A stretch of DNA of 62,295 nt, filler included, from a bacterium (GTDB lineage Bacteria; JALSQH01): NCBI GenBank assembly GCA_027004335.1. It is 10 parts of 10 records of this genome, joined end to end, with 100 filler letters (N's around TTAATTAATTAA, not from the genome) between each part and the next. Parts side by side here need not be neighbours in the genome. Positions count along the whole stretch, not along the records: positions 39,248 to 50,561 come from JALTID010000094.1; positions 50,662 to 54,493 come from JALTID010000095.1; 8 more parts are not named here. The stretch is one strand, 5' to 3'. Position 1 is the stretch's first letter; each line of letters starts with the position of its first letter. The notes beneath the pieces were generated by a model. That model saw only the letters and a program-made list of their open reading frames with translations. It made no database searches and had not been told where the DNA came from. The position numbers and the translations under genes are program-made. Positions 44,228 to 52,280 of the stretch are shown one piece after another.

Positions 44228-44809
44228 ATGCCTTTTAAACCAACCGCGAGGGGTGAAAGGGAATTCAAATCTCAGGAGCCGAATCTTATCCCTATAATGA
44301 ACTTGATGGTTATTCTTATTCCTATGCTTCTTCTGAATTATCATTTTATTACTCTTGCTATGCTCAATACCTCGCTTCCTGCATCTGGAGGAGGTGGTGC
44401 AACCCAGCAGAAGATGAAGAAAAAGGAAGAAAAACCCAGATTGAATCTTACTATTACTATCACTGATAAAGGTTTTATAATTGCTGGGGCTGGTGGTGTT
44501 CTTGTGAAAGGTAAAGGTCCAACTATACCTGTTAAGAGTGTTGCTCCCAATGCTCCTCAATGGAAAAGGTATGATTATCAGAAACTTAATGAGGAGCTTG
44601 TTAAAATAAAGAAGCAATACCCTTATGAGCAGGATGCAATTATTGTAGCAGAACCTACTATAAAGTATCAGACAATAATCTCCACTATGGATGCTACAAG
44701 GAAAATAAATGCGGAAGAACCTAAAGAAGACATAAATGGTGATGGAAAGATTGATGGAAAAGATTTAATCCTTTTTCCTGGAATAAATTTGAGTCCGGGA
44801 ATTTTCTAA
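44228..44809 (+). CDS. ExbD/TolR-family subunit, AglQ-like (Asn in place of the TM Asp)
   Basis: PNLIPIMNLMVILIPMLL TM, YDYQKL..EL..IK, and I.YQTIISTMD motifs. Confidence 0.85.
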   Translation: MPFKPTARGEREFKSQEPNLIPIMNLMVILIPMLLLNYHFITLAMLNTSLPASGGGGATQQKMKKKEEKPRLNLTITITDKGFIIAGAGGVLVKGKGPTIPVKSVAPNAPQWKRYDYQKLNEELVKIKKQYPYEQDAIIVAEPTIKYQTIISTMDATRKINAEEPKEDINGDGKIDGKDLILFPGINLSPGIF

Positions 44810-44821
44810 AGGAGGTTCATT

Positions 44822-45370
44822 ATGGCCAAGTCCCCGTTGAAACGGCCTGGAGTTTCTTCCAGAAAGAAACAGGAAGAAGCGAAATTAACTCTTACCTCAA
44901 TGATGGATATGTTTACTATCATACTGGTATTCCTGATGAAAAGTTATTCCACTGATGTTGAAGTGAATGTTGATGCTACAATGGCAAATGTTCTACCTGT
45001 TTCGGTTTCTGAAGCAAAGCTTGAACAGGATGCAGAGGCGATAGTTCAGGTTACATCATCAGCGATCTTGGTTAAAAATAAGAAGGTAGTTTCTCTAAAT
45101 AACTTTCAGGTTCCCAAAGATCTTCTTGATCCTGCTAATCCATTTTTAATAACTCCTCTTTATGATGAGTTAAACAATTTACATGAAGCTGCCATAAGAA
45201 TGGAAAAAGCAGGTGCGATTGTTAAAGGAAAACCTTATAAATTTAAAGGGATACTTGTTATTAAAGGTGATAAAAATATGCCCAGTGCATTACTTATGAA
45301 AGTGATGTACACCGCTGGACAGGCGGAGTTTGCCAAAATTTATCATACGGCCGTAAAGGAAGGTGGTTAA
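44822..45370 (+). CDS. ExbD/TolR-family subunit, AglS-like
   Basis: LTSMMDMFTIILVFLMKSYS TM, I.PLYD.L, and GDK.MP...LMKVMYTAGQAEF motifs. Confidence 0.88.
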   Translation: MAKSPLKRPGVSSRKKQEEAKLTLTSMMDMFTIILVFLMKSYSTDVEVNVDATMANVLPVSVSEAKLEQDAEAIVQVTSSAILVKNKKVVSLNNFQVPKDLLDPANPFLITPLYDELNNLHEAAIRMEKAGAIVKGKPYKFKGILVIKGDKNMPSALLMKVMYTAGQAEFAKIYHTAVKEGG

Positions 45371-46782
45371 TGGGCGTAAGAATAGCAATTAGAACTCCTG
45401 AGAATAAGGTCCTAAAATTTTATGTTGATGAAGGTCAAGTTGAGAAAATTGATATAGGAAAAAAAGGAAAGGATCTTATCCTACCTGTTGGTCCTGATCA
45501 CTTCCCTTTGGTTATGTTCCATGAAGGAAAGTATTATTTTGCACTACCTCCTGATTTGTTTAAAGGTAAAATTAAAAAAGTGAATGATGAATATTCTCCT
45601 GGAGAGCTTGTGAAAAAAAAGGTTGGAAAGGAATCACAGGGTCTTATTTGGGGAATTATTGATGATAAAACCTTTCTGGAACTTTCAGTGGCTGGATATC
45701 TTATAAAGGTAAGTATGGGAGAAATTGATTTTGAGGAGGAAAGAAAAGAAGAGTCTGTAAAAATTCAACAAAGGGTGGAGGAAAAGGAAAAAGAAAAAAG
45801 AGAGGTAGCCCCTTCTGGAAGTATGGCTCTCGCAGGTGGTGATTCTTTTGTTTTTTTTGATTTCTATTCAATGAAGCAAAGAAGTGCCAGTTTTTATTTT
45901 GTGGCTCTCTCAATAAGTGTGGTTATTGCTATTGCTATAATGATTTATATAGGGACTATGAAGCTCCCACCAATGAGAAACGATATTGCTGCCATTCCCA
46001 CTAGATTTGCCAAATTAATTGTTCAGAATATTCCTCAACCTGAGGAAAAGAAAGTTGAAGAAAAAGGGGAAGGAGGAAAGAGGAAAAAAGAAGTTAAGCA
46101 GAAAATGGAAGAGACCACTAAAAAAGGAAAAGCTGCTACTGGTAATGTTAATCCCCGTGCTAGAAAGGCGGCTATGTTGAAAAAAGTGAGGCATACTGGA
46201 ATATTAGTTATTTTAACTTCAAAGGGAGGGCAAGGACTTGTGAAAGATGTTGTCAACACAGCGAATTCTGTAGGTGATCTTGATAAAGTGCTCTCCCAAA
46301 TGGGTGGAGTGGAAACTGCTAAAGCAGGTATGGATATTGCTGCTGTAAAGAAGACTAGAATTGGTGGTGCAGTGGCTGCTGCAGATATAGGGAGTCTTGG
46401 AGTTGGCCCGGGGCAGCAGGTTTCTCTTGGAACAAAGAAAGTGAAGAGAATTAGAGCATCTATAAATCTTGGCGGAGGAAGGATAAGTGGTGCAATGGGT
46501 GGAGAGGTAATCAGGAGAGTTGTGAAGATGAACATTCGGGGGGTTAAGTATTGTTATGAAAAAGAGTTGAAGAGGAATCCCAAACTTCAAGGTAAGATTG
46601 TGGTACTGTTTACGATTGGAATGAATGGATTTGTAAAAAAAGCCAAAATACAGGCAACTACTATGCATAACTATAATGTAGAATCCTGTATTGTGAGAAT
46701 GGTTTTAAGATGGAGATTTCCTAGACCAGAGAAGGGCAGTGTTACTGTTAGTTATCCTTTTATTTTTACTCCAGGATCATAA
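45370..46782 (+). CDS. GltG/AgmX-like protein (cytoplasmic domain, TM, flexible linker, TonB-C-like domain)
   Basis: IPTRFAKLI after the TM, Lys/Glu- then Gly-rich linker, and IRRVV...VKYCYEKELKRNPKLQGK...CIV...WRFPRP...VSYPFIF C-terminal domain. Confidence 0.85.
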   Translation: MGVRIAIRTPENKVLKFYVDEGQVEKIDIGKKGKDLILPVGPDHFPLVMFHEGKYYFALPPDLFKGKIKKVNDEYSPGELVKKKVGKESQGLIWGIIDDKTFLELSVAGYLIKVSMGEIDFEEERKEESVKIQQRVEEKEKEKREVAPSGSMALAGGDSFVFFDFYSMKQRSASFYFVALSISVVIAIAIMIYIGTMKLPPMRNDIAAIPTRFAKLIVQNIPQPEEKKVEEKGEGGKRKKEVKQKMEETTKKGKAATGNVNPRARKAAMLKKVRHTGILVILTSKGGQGLVKDVVNTANSVGDLDKVLSQMGGVETAKAGMDIAAVKKTRIGGAVAAADIGSLGVGPGQQVSLGTKKVKRIRASINLGGGRISGAMGGEVIRRVVKMNIRGVKYCYEKELKRNPKLQGKIVVLFTIGMNGFVKKAKIQATTMHNYNVESCIVRMVLRWRFPRPEKGSVTVSYPFIFTPGS

Positions 46783-47266
46783 TAATTTGCATGCTGCAGA
46801 AACACCTGTTATCTCTGTAACTGCAGCGGCTTTTCCTCTAGAAGAGAAAAGTATTTCTCCATTGACCTACTATTCATATGGGATTTCTATTACTCCTGAA
46901 ACCTTAACGGGCATGCCTCTTACTTTTGACAGGAAGAAAACTATTTTTGAGGAGGTGGAAGAATATTACCGTGCTGCAACTATTAACATAGAGGATCTTA
47001 AGAAATTGAAAGAAGGAGCACAAAAAGGTAATTTTGTAGTTCCCTTAAGATTTATCTCTAATAATCTCTCTGCAGCTCTTAATCTTATTACTTTGATGAG
47101 GAAATTGAAAGTCCAACTTGGAGAATCTCTGAGAAAAAGGATGAAAATTGGTAATGGCGGAATAGAAAAACTGAGGATAATAAAACTCCTTTCCGAAAGG
47201 ATCAATTTGTTATGGTTGAAATTCCATGAAATTCAACAGGAAGACTACACAATTTATTCCTTTTGA
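46739..47266 (+). CDS. Hypothetical exported helical protein
   Basis: Hydrophobic N-terminus overlapping the gltG-like stop, with a helical C-terminal half. Confidence 0.55.
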   Translation: MLLLVILLFLLQDHNNLHAAETPVISVTAAAFPLEEKSISPLTYYSYGISITPETLTGMPLTFDRKKTIFEEVEEYYRAATINIEDLKKLKEGAQKGNFVVPLRFISNNLSAALNLITLMRKLKVQLGESLRKRMKIGNGGIEKLRIIKLLSERINLLWLKFHEIQQEDYTIYSF

Positions 47267-47290
47267 AGATAGGGTGATAAAGAAGTAAAT

Positions 47291-48322
47291 ATGAAGAAGC
47301 TATTTGTTAGAGATCTTGAAAGTGGCAAGCGAATTAGAGGAACATTCTTTGTAAAAAATAAGACCGTAGCAATTGACAAACAGGGTAAACCATATTTGAT
47401 TGTTCTCCTATCAGATAAAACTGGTGATGTTGAAGCAAGATTATGGGAGAATGTGGAGCATTTTTCAAGGAAGTTTGATCTACATGATATTGTGGTTGTT
47501 GATGGATGGACCCAGCTTTATCAGGGAAAGCTTCAGATTAAGTTAGTAAAAATATATAAGAATGAGGAAGAAGAAGAAAATATTGAGGATTATTTCCCTG
47601 CTGGTAAAAAGGATAAAGAAGATGTCAGGAGGGAAATTGTAAATATTTTGAAAGCTCATATTAAAGATAAGTTCCTGTGGCAGCTGATAAGGAGTTTTAT
47701 TGAGGATGCTTCTTTTATGGAAAAGTTCCTCTCTATGCCTGCAGCCAAAAGTCTGCACCATGCATATTTAGGTGGGCTTGCAGAGCATACTCTTTCGGTA
47801 ATGAAAGTCGTGGTAAAATTATCAGAACATTATAGAGGGATATATGGCTCCAGATTTAATCCTGAAGTTGCAATAGCTGGAGCATTCTTACATGATGTTG
47901 GGAAAGTTGCAGAGCTTTCCAGTGAAAAAAATTTCTCATATACGGATGAGGGGAGGTTGATCGGACATATAGTTCTGGGAATGGGAATTGTTGATGAGAA
48001 GATCAAGAGAATAGATAGCTTCCCTGTACTACTCAGGTTGCATCTTCTTCATATAATTGTCAGTCATCATGGTAGCTTTGAATTTGGTTCTCCCAAAAGG
48101 CCCAAGACTCTTGAAGCTCTCCTTGTTCATTTTGCAGATAATCTTGATTCAAAAATGGAGAGTTTTTTTACCAGTATGGATGGGGAAAAAAGTACCGATG
48201 GCTGGACTCAGTATATTCGACAGCATGACAGATATCTTTTTACAGAGACCTATTCTTCAGAAATTCCTGATGACGACGAGGAGAGGTTCCAGTTAAATAT
48301 CTTTCCCCGTCTTGATGAGTAA
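47291..48322 (+). CDS. YhaM-like 3'-5' exoribonuclease (OB fold plus HD domain)
   Basis: L.DKTG, PAAKSLHHAYLGGLAEHT, LHDVGK, GHI and SHHG motifs. Confidence 0.92.
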   Translation: MKKLFVRDLESGKRIRGTFFVKNKTVAIDKQGKPYLIVLLSDKTGDVEARLWENVEHFSRKFDLHDIVVVDGWTQLYQGKLQIKLVKIYKNEEEEENIEDYFPAGKKDKEDVRREIVNILKAHIKDKFLWQLIRSFIEDASFMEKFLSMPAAKSLHHAYLGGLAEHTLSVMKVVVKLSEHYRGIYGSRFNPEVAIAGAFLHDVGKVAELSSEKNFSYTDEGRLIGHIVLGMGIVDEKIKRIDSFPVLLRLHLLHIIVSHHGSFEFGSPKRPKTLEALLVHFADNLDSKMESFFTSMDGEKSTDGWTQYIRQHDRYLFTETYSSEIPDDDEERFQLNIFPRLDE

Positions 48323-48323
48323 C

Positions 48324-50180
48324 TTACTTTTTCTTTTCCTTCATCAATAATGCTGGTATAGTTCTGTAATGCTTATCTATATACGGGATCAATTCCTTGA
48401 TTATATAGTCTTCATACTTGTAAGGATCCTGGCCGGAATTATCAGCATGGTTGATAAAAAAACTCCCCTGCACCTTGTTTATACTCCTTCCGTCAGGAAA
48501 AACGATGATCATATGTTTGAGTTTGCCCATTGACATTAGATAATTAATGATTAGCCCTGCTTGCCACATATCTTTAGCTTTCATACCATATCCATGAAGG
48601 AAGTAGACCACAGGATAGTATCTATCTGGAAAGTCATCATATCCAGGTGGCAATGCTATTGAGTATTCTCTATAACAGTGGAGGATCTTACTATCAAAAC
48701 CTTCTACATAGGCTTTGCCCACAGAGGCAAAAGTAACCTTATAGGAATATTCTTCCGGGATGTGATGAGATATGTATTCAAAAATTGTGAGCACTCTCAT
48801 AACTACCTGAGAAAAGTCACCTACATGGCCACCATCTCCTCCCCGTGCCATTGCTTCTTCATTGGTTAGATCTTTATGCCCATAAACAATTAAAAAGTTA
48901 TCGGGTAATTTCTTCCAGTCATAGCGGAAAATTATATTTTCATCCCCGGGGATGGTGGGAATAGAGTCAAATCCATAGTAAATAGCTGCATCTCCACCTG
49001 TCAGGTGGTTTATTTTGCCCATCATCCTCTTTTCCCCTTCCTGAAAATAGAAGGTGTCTCTCGTTCCTGCGTCCATGTAAAATTTTGTATGCTTAAAATC
49101 AACTTTATCAAGTAAGAGATATGGATCGTTTTTCCAGATGTTGTAAAGGTTAGGGTTATAATCAAATTTGCCATTTCCCTCACCATAATCATATATAGAG
49201 TCTTTTGTCCCATATACCCCATCAATTCCAGTGTCTTCAAATGGCTCCCCCGGACCGGTCTGAGGATCCGCGTAGCTTATTGGTCCAGGTCCATCGTACC
49301 TGTGATTACCTTCCGTGCCTGTGGGATTTGTCCAGAAATTATAATCGTCATGATCAGGGTCAGGATTGGTTATGGGATCATACCCTAGTTCTTTCTCATC
49401 AGGGATCCCATCCCTCCCATAATCTTTAAAAGGTTCCCACATCTGCCTTATAACCGGTTCTCCTCTGTCTCTTTTCCTATTACCATTGCAATCTACTGCT
49501 AATCCTATTTCCACAGGAACATCAGGATCAGGGTCATCAAAAATGCCGTTTCTATTGGTGTCGCCGCCGTCACAAAAAGTAATTACGGGCCACAGTCCAA
49601 GTGTGTTTGGTGTTATGTGGCCGGGATAGGATGAGCAGAATGGATCCTGAGGATTATTGTATTCACCATCATAGAAGTCATTCAAAACAAGAGGATTTGG
49701 ACATCCTTTCTCTGTAATTCTATTTATTAATTCAGTATCCCCATTGGTAACTGCACCTGGCCAGTATGTGGAATAGGGATTGTAGTTAGAAAAATTACCA
49801 AATGCAAGAGTTAGATCTTTCATAAGCTCTAAGTGAGAATCCCTGTCAAAAATATCGTCAATACCCGTGAACCATCTTTCAAAAGTGTATTTATTATTCT
49901 TTTCGGAAGGAAGAAATCCTCCCAGAAGGGTGTTTCTAATGTACCATAGAAGGTATCCCCAATCTGTGGGGCCACCCATTATTGCAACGATATCAAATAA
50001 CTGATGGTATTTTGTCCCAAGGAGAGCTGCTCCATATCCTCCCATTGAAACACCAGCCATGATTCTGCCAGTGAATTCGGTAGGCTGCTTTGCTGCCATG
50101 GTTGAGGTGTTTTTCTTCTGGCAGCTACTTAATATCAATGCGATAGTCATAAAAACAAGTACAACTTTCCTCATTTTCAT
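48324..50180 (-). CDS. Lipoprotein alpha/beta-hydrolase (esterase family), circularly permuted, with a large Asp/Gly-rich insertion
   Basis: LSSC lipobox, GVSMGG near the N-terminus, DAGTRD, GGH, and YPVVYFLHGYG...ELIPYIDKHYRT at the C-terminus. Confidence 0.85.
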   Translation of the reverse strand: MKMRKVVLVFMTIALILSSCQKKNTSTMAAKQPTEFTGRIMAGVSMGGYGAALLGTKYHQLFDIVAIMGGPTDWGYLLWYIRNTLLGGFLPSEKNNKYTFERWFTGIDDIFDRDSHLELMKDLTLAFGNFSNYNPYSTYWPGAVTNGDTELINRITEKGCPNPLVLNDFYDGEYNNPQDPFCSSYPGHITPNTLGLWPVITFCDGGDTNRNGIFDDPDPDVPVEIGLAVDCNGNRKRDRGEPVIRQMWEPFKDYGRDGIPDEKELGYDPITNPDPDHDDYNFWTNPTGTEGNHRYDGPGPISYADPQTGPGEPFEDTGIDGVYGTKDSIYDYGEGNGKFDYNPNLYNIWKNDPYLLLDKVDFKHTKFYMDAGTRDTFYFQEGEKRMMGKINHLTGGDAAIYYGFDSIPTIPGDENIIFRYDWKKLPDNFLIVYGHKDLTNEEAMARGGDGGHVGDFSQVVMRVLTIFEYISHHIPEEYSYKVTFASVGKAYVEGFDSKILHCYREYSIALPPGYDDFPDRYYPVVYFLHGYGMKAKDMWQAGLIINYLMSMGKLKHMIIVFPDGRSINKVQGSFFINHADNSGQDPYKYEDYIIKELIPYIDKHYRTIPALLMKEKKK

Positions 50181-50281
50181 CCAAACACCTCCACAGGAAT
50201 TGAGAATAATATTAAATTGAAAAGGGAGTTATGTCAAGTTGCGCACTTCCTGACCTTCAATATTCTGGCCAGAGGGCTATA

Positions 50282-50561
50282 TCAATTACTGGATAATAAC
50301 CATAATGGTTCCACTCTCCACATCTTAAATGTGTAGGGGAATTCCCTGTTTAATCCAAGTTGGCCATAGTTGTTACTTCCCCAGCAGTAGAGAGGACCAT
50401 CCACTTTAAGCGCACAAGAATAGAAGTCCCCTGTTTGAATTGCTACCCAGTCATGGTCATTTCCCACCTGGATAGGGGAGTCTGCCTCTATGACATCGGT
50501 TACACCAACTTCCCCTTTGCTATTGTCTCCCCAGCACCATAAAGACCCATCCATTTTTAAT
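50282..50561 (-). CDS. RCC1-repeat protein, C-terminal fragment
   Basis: DGSLWCWGDN..G and CALK.DG.LYCWGSNNYGQLG repeats. Confidence 0.88.
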
Positions 50562-50661
50562 NNNNNNNNNNNNNNNNNNNNNNNNNNNNNNNNNNNNNNN
50601 NNNNNTTAATTAATTAANNNNNNNNNNNNNNNNNNNNNNNNNNNNNNNNNNNNNNNNNNNN

Positions 50662-52276
50662 GGTGGTAAGACTTATCATTATTGCTGTTCCTGTTGTAGG
50701 GGCGGTGATTCTGTATATTTATATGAAGATCTTCAAAGTGGAAGGTTCAGGTTATGGTTTTCCTGGATTTTTGGAAAAAGTTAATTTGAAAGGTGCTGTG
50801 CTCCCTGCGAGGGAAATCTGGGAACAGATAATTGGCCCTGCCATTACCCTTGGTTTTGGTGGTTCTGCTGGGTTGGAGGGTCCCTCAGCAAGGATTGGTG
50901 GTGCTGTAGGTTCTCTCTTTGGTAAATATACAGGTGCCTCTGGCAAGAGGATGAAACTTTTTGTTGCCAGTGGTTCAGCTGCTGCAATTGCTGCAAATTT
51001 TAATGCTCCTATAGCAGGGGTTTTCTTCGCTCTTGAAATTGTTCTTGTTGGTGAATATGAACTTGAATCTCTTGGTGCCATTGTTATTGCGTCAGCGATG
51101 GGAACTGTTCTTTCCAGAGCAATTTTTGCCAATCATCCAATTTTTGATGTTCCTACATATACCATGAAAAGTCCTGTTGAGCTTATATACTATCTGGGAC
51201 TTGGCCTTGTGGTGGGATTGCTTGCTGTATTTTTCATAAAATTATTTTATGGAGTTGAAGAGATACTTAAAAAAGCATGGAAGGATCTAAAGATAGAAGA
51301 TTCAACTTTTGCAAAATTGATCATAGGTTTTATTATTGTAGGCCTCATAAGTGCCCTTACCCCCCAGGTAATGGGTGGTGGTTATTATTTTGTTCATGAA
51401 GCAATAGTTGGAAATGAAGGGTTTTTGTTACTTACAGTTCTAATCTTTACTAAGATGCTTGTTACTGCTTTTACCCTTAACTCCGGAGGGGTTGGTGGAA
51501 TGTTCGGTCCTGCTATTTTTATTGGTGCCGTGATAGGTGGCGCATTTGGTTATCTTCTTAACATGTTTGTACCTATTTCAGTATCTCCCGGTGCTTACGC
51601 TCTGGTGGGTTTTGGCTCTTTTTTAGCTGCTCTAACCCACGCACCTTTTACTGGAATTTTTCTTCTTTTTGAAATGACAGGTGATTACCAGATAATGGTT
51701 CCTGCCATGATCGCCAGCGTTATTGGAGTAATTGTTGCCCAGATTCTCCTGCCTTATTCCATTGATACATTTGCACTTGCCAAGAAGGGCATATTCCTTG
51801 AAGCTGGTAGGGAGGTTGGGGTTCTCGGTGGTATAAAAGCTTCTGAACTGATGAGAGAGAAATTTGTTCCGTTATCTCCTTATACTCCTCTGAAAGATAT
51901 TTTAAAATTAGTTACCCAAACAGATTTCCCCTATTTCCCTGTTATTACAGAAAATGGTGAGTTAGTTGGTATTGTTTCGTTACAGGATCTTAGAAGTATT
52001 CTTCTTGAGGGGGAGGAGTTGGGCAATCTCGTTGTTGCAGAGGATATTGCCACCAGGGATCTAATTTCTGTTCATCCAGATGATGATCTCAACCGTGTTC
52101 TTTCAAAGTTCTCAATCAAGGATCTGGAAGCACTTCCTGTTGTTGTTCAGGAAGAGGGAGGAGAAAAAAGGTTATTAGGATTCGTTAACAGGGGTGATGT
52201 GATCTCGCGATATAATCAGGAAATTATTCAAAAATATGCTGAAAGTGAAGAAACTTCCTCTCCCCCTGAAGGTTAA
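50662..52276 (+). CDS. ClC-family chloride channel/antiporter with CBS pair (5' truncated)
   Basis: GGSAGLEGP, FNAPIAG..FALE, GGVGGMFGP, FEMTGDY and C-terminal CBS domains. Confidence 0.93.
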
Positions 52277-52280
52277 TCAT

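Noticed and set aside
43994-46668. Long antisense ORFs (207, 166 and 149 aa) over the motor operon
   Set aside because: Shadow frames of well-supported plus-strand genes, with no recognisable motifs. The same applies to most other short overlapping ORFs in the track.
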